Shown: positions 39,806-49,926, counted from the first letter of the stretch. The stretch: 64,000 nucleotides of DNA from Longimicrobiales bacterium (GCA_963664435.2 CAXXKM010000003.1:480001-544000); one strand, 5' to 3'. Notes: a model not told the origin generated them from the letters alone. Program-made: numbers and translations.

Positions 39806-41227
39806 GTGAACATGGACCGGAACGAGTACCTGTACGCAGCGGAAGAATGTCGGGACGAGATGGAGGAGTACATCGATGAGATGGACAGCCGTAACGGGCT
39901 GTCCCTCTCGAGTGTCGACGACGTCATGAAGTACGTGAAGGACCACAACGTCAGCTCGATTCGCCTCTGGTTCTCCGACATCCTGGGTTTCCTCAAGTCC
40001 TTCTCGATCACCCCCAAGGAGCTGGCCGGGGCCTTCGAGGAGGGGATGGGTTTCGACGGCTCTTCCATTCAGGGCTACAAGAGGATCCAGGAGAGCGACA
40101 TGGTCGCGGTCCCGGTGCCGGACACGGCCCAGGCGCTGCCCTTCCGTTCGGGCGGCGGACGGTCGATGCGCATGTTCGCCCAGATCCGCAACCCCGATGG
40201 ATCGGCGTACGACGGCGACCCCCGCAACATCCTGGTCCGCACCCTGGGCCGTCTCGAGGACCACGGGTGCACGAACATGTACGTCGGGCCGGAGGCTGAG
40301 TTCTTCTACTTCAAGCACGAGAAGGGAATCGAGCTCCTCGACGACGCCGGATACTTCGACATCAACCCGGTCGACATCGGAGACGACATCCGTGAGGTGA
40401 CCGTGTGCGCACTCGAAGCGATGGGCATCCCGATCGAGTACCACCACCACGAGGTGGGCCCCTCGCAGCACGAAATCGACATTCGCTACCAGGATGCGCT
40501 GCGGATGGCCGACGGCCTCCAGACCTACAAGTACCTGGTCAAGGAGATCGCGCGCCGCTGCGGGGCGTTTGCGACCTTCATGCCCAAGCCGCTCGCGGGG
40601 GAGAACGGGAGCGGCATGCACACCCACCTGTCGCTCTTCAGCGGAAAGCAGAACGCCTTCTACGACGGCAGCGACGAGCACCATCTGAGCGCGATGGCGA
40701 AGCAGTTCATCGCCGGCGTGCTCAAGCACTCGCGCGAGATGGCGCTGGTCACCAACCCGACCCACAACTCGTATCGGCGCCTGGTGCCCGGCTACGAAGC
40801 GCCCGTCTACATCGCCTGGGCCGAGCGCAACCGGTCGGCGGCCATCCGCATCCCGATGTACAAGCCCGGCAAGGAGGTCGCGACCCGCATCGAGCTGCGC
40901 TTCCCGGACCCGACCTGCAACCCCTACCTGACCTTCGCGGTCATGCTGGCCGCCGGCCTCGAGGGAGTCGAGAACGAGTTGGCGTGCCCGGATCCGGTGA
41001 CCGTGGACATCTACCATCTCAGTGCGAAGTGGCGGGAGCAGATGGGAATCGACGCCCTGCCCCACGACCTCTTCGAAGCCGCCCGCGTCGCCCAGTTCAG
41101 CGACTTCCTGAAGAACGCCCTGGGCGAGGACGTGCACCGCAAGCTGATCGAGACGAAGATGGACGAGGCGGACGTCTTCCGCCTGCACGTCTCGCAGCTC
41201 GACCTGCAGAAGCACCTGGTGCTGTAA
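39806..41227 (+). CDS. glnA: Glutamine synthetase type I
   Basis: FDGSSI, GPEAEFF, HHEVGPSQHEI, ATFMPKP..GENGSGMH, RRLVPGYEAP, NRSAAIRIP, RIELRFPDP. Confidence 0.9.
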   Translation: MNMDRNEYLYAAEECRDEMEEYIDEMDSRNGLSLSSVDDVMKYVKDHNVSSIRLWFSDILGFLKSFSITPKELAGAFEEGMGFDGSSIQGYKRIQESDMVAVPVPDTAQALPFRSGGGRSMRMFAQIRNPDGSAYDGDPRNILVRTLGRLEDHGCTNMYVGPEAEFFYFKHEKGIELLDDAGYFDINPVDIGDDIREVTVCALEAMGIPIEYHHHEVGPSQHEIDIRYQDALRMADGLQTYKYLVKEIARRCGAFATFMPKPLAGENGSGMHTHLSLFSGKQNAFYDGSDEHHLSAMAKQFIAGVLKHSREMALVTNPTHNSYRRLVPGYEAPVYIAWAERNRSAAIRIPMYKPGKEVATRIELRFPDPTCNPYLTFAVMLAAGLEGVENELACPDPVTVDIYHLSAKWREQMGIDALPHDLFEAARVAQFSDFLKNALGEDVHRKLIETKMDEADVFRLHVSQLDLQKHLVL

Positions 41228-41248
41228 GCCGAGCGGACCAAACCCGGG

Positions 41249-41309
41249 GGAAACGACCCCCGGCGGCCGCAGGGTCCCTTCGGACCCTCAGTCGCCGGGG
41301 GTCGTTTCC
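41249..41309. terminator. Long bidirectional hairpin between convergent glnA and lspA
   Basis: GGAAACGACCCCCGGCGGC (41249-41267) pairs with GTCGCCGGGGGTCGTTTCC (41291-41309); inner AGGGTCC/GGACCCT stem. Confidence 0.65.
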
Positions 41310-41872
41310 GTGGTGCGGGAGGTCTCCTCCGACCGCGCCGGAAGGCCCGGCTCCGCCTCCGCGGAGCCGGGCTCGCCGGCCGCCTCGGCCTCGCGGGCGC
41401 GCTGCTCCTCGCGCCAGAAGGAGATGCCGAGCAGGACGGCGCCGCAGGTGATGGCGGAATCGGCCACGTTGAAGATCGGCCAGTCCATGAAGCCCAGGTC
41501 GATGGGGCCGATGAAGTCCACCACTCCCCGGTCCCAGCGCACCCGGTCCACCAGGTTGCCGAGCGCGCCGCTGAGGATGAGCGAGATCGACACCACCTTC
41601 ACCCGGTCCCCGCTCTCGCTCTGGACGAAGAGGACGGCGAGCAGCGCCATGGCCAGGATGGTCACCGGAATGAAGAACCAGCGCGGATCGTTGCCGATCG
41701 AGATGCCGAAGGCCGCGCCCCGGTTGAAGGCGAGGGTCAGCGGCACGAGGCCGTCGAGGATCTCCATCCGGCGTCCGCCGCCAAGCACGTTCAGTGCCCA
41801 GCGCTTGGTGATGACGTCGAGCAGGAGCACCGCCGGAAGAATGGCGGCGAGGATGCGGAGTTTGCTGTTCAC
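41288..41872 (-). CDS. lspA: Lipoprotein signal peptidase II
   Basis: D..TK, N.GAAFG, GALGNLVDR, VVDFI, FNVADSAI. Confidence 0.95.
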   Translation of the reverse strand: MNSKLRILAAILPAVLLLDVITKRWALNVLGGGRRMEILDGLVPLTLAFNRGAAFGISIGNDPRWFFIPVTILAMALLAVLFVQSESGDRVKVVSISLILSGALGNLVDRVRWDRGVVDFIGPIDLGFMDWPIFNVADSAITCGAVLLGISFWREEQRAREAEAAGEPGSAEAEPGLPARSEETSRTTETTPGD

Positions 41873-41891
41873 GTTCCTGGGAGGGTCGGGA

Positions 41892-42240
41892 TGGAGGCGG
41901 CGGGAGTCGAACCCGCGTCCGCGAGTGGGTCCGGCGAAGCTTCTACGTGCGTAGTTCGCTGTTGCGCTTCATCGGGTGATCGGTCAGCGACCCGCCGAAT
42001 CCCCGACTAGCCGTCAAGAGTCTCGCCCGCGGCGCGACGGCATCGCCCCGGGCCAGCCCAACTTGTCGACGCCTGCAGGGCCTGCCTTGGGCGGGCGGGC
42101 CAGGAGACGGGCTGTGAGAAAGCTCAGGCAGCCATCGCCATGTGATTGTTGGCAATTGTGTTGATTCCGGGTTTTTGCGAGGCCCGGACCTCGGCACGCT
42201 ACCTCGCGTTCACCAAACACGTCGAAGCCTTTACGCCCCC
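41892..42240 (-). ncRNA. ssrA: tmRNA (tag peptide ANNHMAMAA*, 42153-42124)
   Basis: 5' GGGGGCG..GGCTTCGAC; 3' GACGCGGGTTCGACTCCCGCCGCCTCCA (T-arm plus acceptor stem with G.U pair); internal tag ORF ending AA-stop; CCA not encoded. Confidence 0.95.
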
Positions 42241-42325
42241 GTACGGTTCGGTGCAGACGGCTCAGGGTCCGTTGCACGTTCTCCTTGCTTGTGGTGGTCG
42301 CCGATTTCGCCCGCGTCCGCCGCGC

Positions 42326-43321
42326 TCAGGCGGCGCTCGCCAGCTCCCGTTCAAGATAGCACTTCAGCACTTCCCGTGTTTCCTCGAGGGTGGTCAGCCC
42401 AAAGAGCCGGGTCCGGAGCCGGCGGCCGTTGGGAAGCCCCTTCGTGTACCAGCCCATGTGCTTGCGGAACTCGATGACCGCCTTCCGGTGATCCCTCTCG
42501 AAGTCCACCGCGTTCTGTGCGTGCTCCAGGCAGATGGCCAGGCGCTCGGCCGGATCCGGAAGCGGGGGCAGGCGCTCGCCGTCGAGCGCGGCCCGGGCCC
42601 CCGCGAACACCCACGGGCTGCCGTGGGAGGCGCGCGCGATCATTACCCCGGCGCACCCGGTCTCCTCGCGCATGCGGAGGGCGTCCTCGCCGGTCTTGAT
42701 GTCGCCGTTCCCCACGACGGGGATGTCCAGCGCGTCGACCAGGGCCGCGATCTCGTGCCAGCGCGCGTGCCCCGAGTACATGTCCGCGCGCGTCCGCGGG
42801 TGTAGGGTGACCACGGCGGCCCCCGCGTCCTGGCAGCGCAGGCCGATGGTGACCGGGTTGCGGGTCTTCTCGTCGAAGCCGCTGCGGATCTTGGCCGTCA
42901 CCGGCAGCGGCGTCGCCTGCGCCACCGCGCGCACGATGCGCTCGACCAGCCCCAGATCGCGCAGACAGCCGGAGCCGCCGTTGCGCTTCACCACCTTCTT
43001 GACCGGGCACCCGAAGTTGATGTCGATGAAGTCGGGGTGGTACACGTCCGTGACCAGCGCCGCCGCCTCCGCCATGCGTTCGGGGCGGGCGCCGAAGATC
43101 TGCACGCCGATGGGCCGCTCCTCCTCCTCGAAACGGAGGTAGGCGCGCGTCCGCTCGTTTCCGTGGCAGATGCCCTCGGCGCTTACGAACTCCGTCACCA
43201 CCACATCCGCGCCGAAGCGCCGGCACAGCCGCCGGAAGGGCGACTCGCTCACGCCCGCCTGGGGGGCCAGGAAGAGAGGAACGCAGCCGCTGGAGGCTTC
43301 GGGAAGGTAGGGGAATCTCAT
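42326..43321 (-). CDS. dusB: tRNA-dihydrouridine synthase B
   Basis: LAP.AG, VQIFG, IDINFGCP, KIRSG, H.RT, GNGDI, MIAR, RKH..WY. Confidence 0.9.
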   Translation of the reverse strand: MRFPYLPEASSGCVPLFLAPQAGVSESPFRRLCRRFGADVVVTEFVSAEGICHGNERTRAYLRFEEEERPIGVQIFGARPERMAEAAALVTDVYHPDFIDINFGCPVKKVVKRNGGSGCLRDLGLVERIVRAVAQATPLPVTAKIRSGFDEKTRNPVTIGLRCQDAGAAVVTLHPRTRADMYSGHARWHEIAALVDALDIPVVGNGDIKTGEDALRMREETGCAGVMIARASHGSPWVFAGARAALDGERLPPLPDPAERLAICLEHAQNAVDFERDHRKAVIEFRKHMGWYTKGLPNGRRLRTRLFGLTTLEETREVLKCYLERELASAA

Positions 43322-43520
43322 GGATGAAAGATATCACACTTCGGCCGGGCGATGCGCAAAGCGAGCCTCACGGCGGCCTGCGGAAAGACGATCCCGCGGG
43401 CAGCTTGCGGAAAGGGAAACCGACACAGATAATGACGCATTCGATCCTCGCGGCGAATGCGACAAAAAGAACGGCGAAAGCGACAGAAACAGGGCAGTCC
43501 ACCTCACCATCGGAGACACC

Positions 43521-44933
43521 ATGCACGCTCGTCCACGCAGCACGACCACCCGCGCCCTTCGAACCCGGATCGGTCGCATCGGCGCACTTGCCGGCCTGTG
43601 CGCGGCTGTCCTTCTCCTCTCTCCCGCCCCCGCCCTCGCCCAGGAAGCAGCGGCCGAGGGCACCTTCGTCCTCAACACCTTCTCGTTCCTCATCTGGGGC
43701 GCGCTGGTGATGTGGATGTGCGCCGGCTTCACGATGCTCGAATCCGGAACGGTGCGATCGAAGAACGCGTCGATGATCTGCCTGAAGAACATCGGCATCT
43801 ACGCGATCGCCGGGCTCACCTACTACTTCGTCGGCTACGGCCTCATGTACGTCGACGTGAGCGGCTTCATCGGGTCGATCGACCTGTTCTACGGCCCCTC
43901 GGCCGAGGAGGCCGCGCTGCTGGGAGGGGATGAGAGCGCGCTTGCCGCCGTGGTCGAGAACGGCTACGCGGTCACCTCGGACTGGTTCTTCCAGATGGTC
44001 TTCGTGGCGACCACGGCCTCGATCGTCTCCGGGGCGCTGGCGGAGCGGGTCAACATGTGGGCCTTCTTCGCGTTCACCGCGATCCTGACGGCCTTCATCT
44101 ACCCGGTCATCGGCTCCTGGCACTGGGGTGGCGGCTGGCTCGCCGAGATGGGCTTCCAGGACTTCGCCGGGTCCACCCTCGTGCACTCCACCGGGGGATG
44201 GGCGGCGCTGGCCGGCGCCCTTGTGGTGGGTCCGCGCTGGGGCAGGTTCCGCAAGGACGGCACGGTCAAGGTCATGTCGCCCTCCAACATCCCGGCAGTC
44301 ACCCTGGGGGTGTTCATCCTCTGGCTCGGCTGGTTCGGGTTCAACGGCGGCTCCCAGCTCGCGCTCGACGGCGCGGTCAACGCGCTGGCCATGAGCAACA
44401 TCCTGGTGAACACCAACCTGGCGGCCGCCGCGGGCGTGATTACGGCCCTTGCGGTCTCGCGGCCCATTCTCGGACGCATCGATCTCTTCGCGGGTCTGAA
44501 CGGCGCCCTCGCCGGCCTGGTGGCCATCACCGCCGGTCCCGACATCGTCGACGCCCGCTGGGCGGTGGCGATCGGCGCGGTCGGCGCGATCATCTGCACC
44601 ATGGGTCTCAAGTTCCTGGAGGCGCGGCGGATCGACGACGTGGTCGGGGCGGTCCCCGCGCACCTCTTCGCCGGCATCTGGGGCACGCTCGCCACCTCGA
44701 TCGCGGCGGGCGCCAACCTCGGCGTTCAGCTGATCGGCGTCCTGAGCGTGGGCGCGTTCGTCTTCGCGGTGTCCTTCGTGGTCTGGACGCTTCTCGAGAA
44801 GACCATGGGCGTCCGGGTGTCCCGCACCGTGGAGGAGCTGGGACAGGATGCCGCCGAGCTGGGGCTGGAAGCCTATCCCGAGTTCGTGCTCATGGTGGAT
44901 CCCGACGAGGGTCAGGACTACCGCGATCCATAG
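43521..44933 (+). CDS. amt: Ammonium transporter (Amt)
   Basis: M.AGF.MLESG, FFQMVF, SGALAER, DFAGSTLVH, LW.GWFGFNGGS, NG.LAGLVAITA, DDVVGAVPAH (both conserved His present). Confidence 0.95.
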   Translation: MHARPRSTTTRALRTRIGRIGALAGLCAAVLLLSPAPALAQEAAAEGTFVLNTFSFLIWGALVMWMCAGFTMLESGTVRSKNASMICLKNIGIYAIAGLTYYFVGYGLMYVDVSGFIGSIDLFYGPSAEEAALLGGDESALAAVVENGYAVTSDWFFQMVFVATTASIVSGALAERVNMWAFFAFTAILTAFIYPVIGSWHWGGGWLAEMGFQDFAGSTLVHSTGGWAALAGALVVGPRWGRFRKDGTVKVMSPSNIPAVTLGVFILWLGWFGFNGGSQLALDGAVNALAMSNILVNTNLAAAAGVITALAVSRPILGRIDLFAGLNGALAGLVAITAGPDIVDARWAVAIGAVGAIICTMGLKFLEARRIDDVVGAVPAHLFAGIWGTLATSIAAGANLGVQLIGVLSVGAFVFAVSFVVWTLLEKTMGVRVSRTVEELGQDAAELGLEAYPEFVLMVDPDEGQDYRDP

Positions 44934-44968
44934 CAGCCACGGACTGCCAGCCGGAGGGCCAGAAGACC

Positions 44969-46489
44969 TTGACCGCGTCCTCGCACGCATCCTTCGACCG
45001 CGCCTACCCCGACGAATCCTCACCCGGGGAAGCGGGGTCGGGAGGGTTTGCCCGCTACGAACTTGACGCCCGCTTCTACGACGAGACGTTCCGCGGAGAC
45101 GGAAGCCTCCGCGGCGTCTCGCGGCGGCTGGGCACGGCGCTTTCAAAGGCCGTGCCGGAGGAGCTGGCGCAGCTTCAGGAGGGGGTCGCCCGCCGATTCA
45201 TCCACGAGGGGATCACCTTTACCGTGATCGGCGCGGACAAGGCGTCGGAGCAGATCATCCCGATCGATTGCGTGCCCCGTCTGCTCACGGCCGGGGAATG
45301 GGACCACATCGACCGGGGCCTCAGGCAGCGCCTGACCGCGCTCAACCTCTTCCTCGGGGACATCTACGGCGACGGCAAGTCGCTGCGCGACGGCATCGTG
45401 CCCCCCGACCTGGTGCTCGGGTGTCCCCAGTACCGGGTCGAGATGCGGGGCCTGCAGGTTCCCAACGACATCTACGTCTCCGTGTGCGGTACGGACGTGG
45501 TGCGAACCCACGACGGTTTCGCGGTGCTGGAGGACAATCTGCGGGTTCCCTCCGGCGTGTCGTACATGCTGGCCTGCCGGGCCGCCATGAAGCAGGCGCT
45601 CCCCCGGCTGTACCGGGCGCACAACGTGCGTGAGATCGCGCGGTATCCGGAGCAGCTGTACGCCACCCTGGCATCGCTGGGATCCTGGGCGGGTGCGCCC
45701 CGGGTGGCCGTGCTCACCCCGGGCCGCTACAACTCCGCCTACTACGAGCACGCGTTCCTGGCCGGCGAGATGGGCGCCGAGCTGGTGGAAGGGCGGGACC
45801 TGGTGGTGCATGACGGCATCGTATACGCGCGCACCGTCACCGGGCTGAGGCGGATCGACGTCATCTACCGGCGGGTGGACGACGACTTCCTCGACCCGGT
45901 CACCTTCCGCTCCGATTCGCTTCTCGGGGTCCCCGGGCTCTTTCACGCGTACCGGGCGGGCAACGTGGTGATCGCCAACGCCCCCGGCACCGGCGTCGCG
46001 GACGACAAGGCGGTCTACGCCTACGTGCCGGACCTCATCCGCTATTTCCTCGACGAGGAGCCCATCCTGGCCAACGTCGACACGCACCTCTGCCGCACGC
46101 GCGAGGGGCTCGCGTACACCCTCGACAACCTCGAGGACCTCGTGGTGAAGGAAGTCGGAGGATCGGGCGGATACGGCATGCTGGTCGGCCCGCACTCCAC
46201 CGCCGGCGAGCGCAAGCGGTTCGCGGCGCGCCTGCGCAGCCACCCGGAGAACTTCATTTCCCAGCCTGTGCTCGACCTGTCGCGCGCGACGTGCTTCGTG
46301 GAGGGCAAACTGGAGCCGCGCCACGTGGATGTCCGCCCGTTCGTGCTGCGCGGCCGCTCCGACACCTGGATCGCTCCCGGCGGCCTCTGCCGGGTGGCGC
46401 TCCGGAGGGGCGGACTGGTGGTGAACTCCAGCCAGGGCGGGGGCTGCAAGGATCTCTGGGTATTGCGCGACGGAGGGGCACCGGACTGA
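44969..46489 (+). CDS. Circularly permuted type 2 ATP-grasp protein
   Basis: GITF, IP.D..PR, LEDNLRVPSGVSY, LTPG.YNSAY.EH, DVIYRRVDD.FLDP, NAPGTGVADDK, GSGGYGM, RHVD.RPF, VVNSSQGGG.KD; TTG start inferred from SD GGAGG. Confidence 0.92.
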   Translation: MTASSHASFDRAYPDESSPGEAGSGGFARYELDARFYDETFRGDGSLRGVSRRLGTALSKAVPEELAQLQEGVARRFIHEGITFTVIGADKASEQIIPIDCVPRLLTAGEWDHIDRGLRQRLTALNLFLGDIYGDGKSLRDGIVPPDLVLGCPQYRVEMRGLQVPNDIYVSVCGTDVVRTHDGFAVLEDNLRVPSGVSYMLACRAAMKQALPRLYRAHNVREIARYPEQLYATLASLGSWAGAPRVAVLTPGRYNSAYYEHAFLAGEMGAELVEGRDLVVHDGIVYARTVTGLRRIDVIYRRVDDDFLDPVTFRSDSLLGVPGLFHAYRAGNVVIANAPGTGVADDKAVYAYVPDLIRYFLDEEPILANVDTHLCRTREGLAYTLDNLEDLVVKEVGGSGGYGMLVGPHSTAGERKRFAARLRSHPENFISQPVLDLSRATCFVEGKLEPRHVDVRPFVLRGRSDTWIAPGGLCRVALRRGGLVVNSSQGGGCKDLWVLRDGGAPD

Positions 46490-47466
46490 TGCTCGCACGG
46501 GCGGCCGCGGACTTCTACTGGATGGGGCGCTACTTCGAGCGCACCGAGCACACCGCCCGGCTGCTCCAGTACCAGCTCACGCGCCTCGTGGACACCCCCG
46601 CCGACGAACTGGCGCTGGGCTGGAGGGTGCTCTACCGCGCCCTCGGACAATCGGCGCCCGTCACCCCCACCGTCGCCGACGAAGCCGAGTCCTTCCTGCT
46701 CGCCGATGCCTATACGCTCGCCGCGAGCCTGGTCGAGGAAACCACCAACCCCGACTCCATGATCCGCTGCTGGACCATGGCGCGGGAGAACGCCAAGCAG
46801 CTCAGGCCCTGGCTTCCGGTCCGGGTCTGGACCTGTCTCAACCAGGGCTTCTTCTGGATCCGGGACTGCGATTTCCCCAAGGCCTGGGCGGAGGGGCCGA
46901 CGGCGCTGGCGGGCGAGGCGATCGACCGGCTGCGGATGCTGGCGGGCGTGGTGGACGCCCGCATGCCCCGGGACGACGCCTGGCGCTTCCTGGAGCTCGG
47001 CCGTTTCGTCGAACGTCTGCAGCACCAGGCGGCTCTGCTGGACGCCTGGGACCGGGTCGGCCAGGATCCCGGCGACGCGCGTTCGCTGTCCTGGGCGGGG
47101 CTGCTGCGGGTTTGCGCCGCCTATGAGTTCTACTGCCGCGCGCACTCCATGGTGATCCGCCGGGGCCCCGCGCTGGCGTTCCTGGCCCGCAACCCGGAGT
47201 TGCCCTCGTCGCTGTGCTTCGCGGTGCGTCGCATCGAGGAGCTCCTCGCCGGGATCGATCCGAGGGGCGCGCGCTATCCCCTGGCGGCGCCCCACCGCAT
47301 GGCGTTGCGCCTGTGCGCGGCCGTTGAGACGGACCCGATGGACGAGGGGGATCCCGGAGAGGGTCGAAGTCCCCTCGAGGGCCTGCTGAGAGACAGCCGG
47401 GCGCTGCACGGCATCACCGTGGCGACCTACTTCGACTACCCCGTGGAAACCGGGCTGCCATCGTGA
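46489..47466 (+). CDS. Alpha-E domain protein
   Basis: MLAR.A...YWMGRY.ER.E..AR, AREN, FL.LGR..ER, P.SL; TGATG overlap with the upstream gene. Confidence 0.9.
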   Translation: MLARAAADFYWMGRYFERTEHTARLLQYQLTRLVDTPADELALGWRVLYRALGQSAPVTPTVADEAESFLLADAYTLAASLVEETTNPDSMIRCWTMARENAKQLRPWLPVRVWTCLNQGFFWIRDCDFPKAWAEGPTALAGEAIDRLRMLAGVVDARMPRDDAWRFLELGRFVERLQHQAALLDAWDRVGQDPGDARSLSWAGLLRVCAAYEFYCRAHSMVIRRGPALAFLARNPELPSSLCFAVRRIEELLAGIDPRGARYPLAAPHRMALRLCAAVETDPMDEGDPGEGRSPLEGLLRDSRALHGITVATYFDYPVETGLPS

Positions 47467-48335
47467 GCGCGCGCTATTCCATCCGGCACGAGCTGGAGTT
47501 CCGCTACGACGCTCCGGTCCGGGGATCGGTCATGACCCTCTTCCTGTCTCCGGTCCGGGATCGACGCCAGCAACTGCACAGTTTCTCGATCGAGACGGAT
47601 CCCGGGGGAGCGACGTTCGAGTTCCGGGGACCCTTCGGCAACCGGGGCCACTACTTCGACCGGCCCGGCACCCATCGGGCGCTCCGCATCGTCGCGCGCT
47701 CCAGCGTGGAGGTCTCTCCGCCCGAGGCGATGCCCGACCACCTGGAGCCCGGTGGCTGGAAGAGGCTCGCCTCCGGCATCCGGACGCCGGGACTGTGGCT
47801 CATGCTCGAGCCCAGCCGCTTCGTGAAGCCGTCATCCACCGCCCTGGGACAATTCACCGCCGCGCACGGCATCGAGAGGGAAGACGATGTCCTGGAGAGC
47901 ATTCGCGGGCTGCTCTCGTGCCTCTACGAGGCGTTCGAGTTTGCGCCCGGCACCACTGCGGCCGACTCCCCCATCGAGCACATCCTGGAGACCGGGCTGG
48001 GCGTGTGTCAGGACTATGCGCACGTCATGATCTCGGTCCTGCGGGGCTGGGGAGTCCCCGCCCGCTACGTCTCGGGATACCTGGCGCCGGACCCCGGCAT
48101 GGCCTCGACCCATGAGAGCCATGCCTGGGTGGAATGCTGGTTGCCCGGGTTGGGGTGGTGTGGTTTCGATCCCGCCAACAACTGCGACTGCGACGAGCGC
48201 CACGTGCGCGCCGCGGTCGGCAGGGACTACGCGGACGTTCCGCCGGTGCGTGGCGTGTTCCGCGGAGCCGCCAACTCCGCCCTCACCACGCGCGTGGAGG
48301 TGGTCCGGGAGGCACACGGCGGGATCGAGCCGTGA
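47463..48335 (+). CDS. Transglutaminase-family protein
   Basis: Y.I.H...F.Y N-domain; GVCQDYAH, ARYVSGY, SHAWVE, FDP (Cys-His-Asp triad), GRDY.DV.P. Confidence 0.92.
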   Translation: MSARYSIRHELEFRYDAPVRGSVMTLFLSPVRDRRQQLHSFSIETDPGGATFEFRGPFGNRGHYFDRPGTHRALRIVARSSVEVSPPEAMPDHLEPGGWKRLASGIRTPGLWLMLEPSRFVKPSSTALGQFTAAHGIEREDDVLESIRGLLSCLYEAFEFAPGTTAADSPIEHILETGLGVCQDYAHVMISVLRGWGVPARYVSGYLAPDPGMASTHESHAWVECWLPGLGWCGFDPANNCDCDERHVRAAVGRDYADVPPVRGVFRGAANSALTTRVEVVREAHGGIEP

Positions 48336-48374
48336 GGAATCAACCAGTCGCCTCAACCGCATGGAGGGAACAAG

Positions 48375-49139
48375 ATGTTTCCGACCCGTAAAGCACGCGT
48401 CCTGCTGTCCACGCTCACCCTCGCTCTGTTGCTCTCGCTCGCGGGCCCGGTTCAGGGCCAGTCCGCCTCCATCGGCGCCGATGTCTTCAGCCGCTACGTC
48501 TGGCGCGGTACCGACTTCGGGGAGTCGATGGCCGTGCAGCCCGCGCTGACGCTCGGTTTCGGAGCGCTGGAGGTGGGCGCCTGGGGCTCCTTCTCCGTCT
48601 CCGCCTCCGGCGCCGGCGCCAACGAGAACGACATCTGGGCCACCTATACCGTCACGGCCTCGAACGGCGCCTCGTTCTCGTTCGGGTTTACCGACTACTA
48701 TTTCCCGGGCCCGGGAGCGGAAGGCTTCTTCGTGACCGACGCCCACACGCTCGAGTTGTCCGCTTCCTTCACCGGGCCGGAGAGCTTCCCCATATCGCTC
48801 TACGCCGGAAGGATGTCGCGCAACGACCCCGACAATTCGCTGTATCTGGAGGCCAGCGTCCCCGTGTCGGCCTTCGAGGAGGTCGACCTGAGCCTGACGG
48901 CCGGGATGGTGGCCGGCGAGAGCGACTTCTACGGCACCGAAGGGACGGCGTTCGTGAACCTGGGCATAACCGCCAGCAAGGACCTGGTCATCACCGACGA
49001 TTTTGCGGTGCCGATGAGCGTCTCGTATATCGTCAACGCGAACCGCCTCGAAGACGACGGCCACATGGATCACGAGCACGACCACGGGCCGGATCCCGAC
49101 CGCGCCTTCCTCGTCTTCGGATTCAGTCTGTCGCCGTAG
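48375..49139 (+). CDS. TorF/Gcw_chp-like putative porin
   Basis: Signal peptide; S.Y.WRG, A.QP, G.W.S, E.D.., DYYFP; beta-barrel pattern with C-terminal FGFSL. Confidence 0.7.
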   Translation: MFPTRKARVLLSTLTLALLLSLAGPVQGQSASIGADVFSRYVWRGTDFGESMAVQPALTLGFGALEVGAWGSFSVSASGAGANENDIWATYTVTASNGASFSFGFTDYYFPGPGAEGFFVTDAHTLELSASFTGPESFPISLYAGRMSRNDPDNSLYLEASVPVSAFEEVDLSLTAGMVAGESDFYGTEGTAFVNLGITASKDLVITDDFAVPMSVSYIVNANRLEDDGHMDHEHDHGPDPDRAFLVFGFSLSP

Positions 49140-49197
49140 GCAGGCGGGACCCCGTCCCTCCAGCAGAGAACAAGGAGCCGGACACACCGGGACTCAG

Positions 49198-49926
49198 GTG
49201 GCCAAGCGACATAGTGTAGCGGGCATCGTGCTCGCGGCCGGTTCTTCGACCCGGATGGGTCGGAACAAGCTTCTGTTGAAGGTGGCCGGCGAGACCCTGG
49301 TCCGGCGTGCGGTGCGGGTCTCGGTGGAGGCCGGCCTGGATCCGGTGGTGGTGGTCACGGGGCACGCGCGCGAACGGATCGAGCGGGAGATCGCGGACAT
49401 GGGCTGCACGCCCGTGTTCAACGCCGACCATGGCGCGGGCATCCAGACCTCGGCGGCCTCGGGTGTCGCCGGTGTCGCCGGCGCGTGCGACGCCGCCGTG
49501 GTGATGCTCGCGGACATGCCGTTCGTGACCGCGCGCATGCTGCGCACGCTGGTGGAGCGCTATGCCGGGGACGCGCCGCCGCTGGTGGTGTCCCGGTACG
49601 GGGGCGAGGTAAACGCGCCGCCGATGCTTTACGACCAGGCGCTCTTCGGCGAGGTGACCCGCATGCGCGCGGGGTGCGGGCGGGAAGTGGTGCGCCGCCA
49701 CTACGACCGGGCCGTTCAGGTCGACTGGCCGGCGGCCCGGTTGCGCGACCTCGACCGCCCGGAGGACTACGAGGCCGCGGTCGAGGAGTTCGCCGGCCCC
49801 GGCTCGGATGCGGCGGAGGAGCGCGAGCGCCCCGGAGCGGGCGCGGCGGAGGAGGCGGAGGAGCTCGCCCGCCCGGGAGCGGACGCGGCGGAGGGGGCGG
49901 ACGGCGCCTCCGGTGAGCGGAATTGA
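49198..49926 (+). CDS. mocA: Molybdenum cofactor cytidylyltransferase (MocA-like)
   Basis: LAAGSSTRMG.NKLL, LADMPFV, D.D.PEDY; sits next to the Mo-hydroxylase cluster. Confidence 0.8.
   Translation: MAKRHSVAGIVLAAGSSTRMGRNKLLLKVAGETLVRRAVRVSVEAGLDPVVVVTGHARERIEREIADMGCTPVFNADHGAGIQTSAASGVAGVAGACDAAVVMLADMPFVTARMLRTLVERYAGDAPPLVVSRYGGEVNAPPMLYDQALFGEVTRMRAGCGREVVRRHYDRAVQVDWPAARLRDLDRPEDYEAAVEEFAGPGSDAAEERERPGAGAAEEAEELARPGADAAEGADGASGERN

Noticed and set aside
41880..41930. tRNA-like sequence (GGTTCGACTCC T-arm) as a separate tRNA or as a prophage attachment site
   Set aside because: It is the 3' tRNA-like domain of tmRNA. No integrase or duplicated 3' end is in view, and lspA follows directly.
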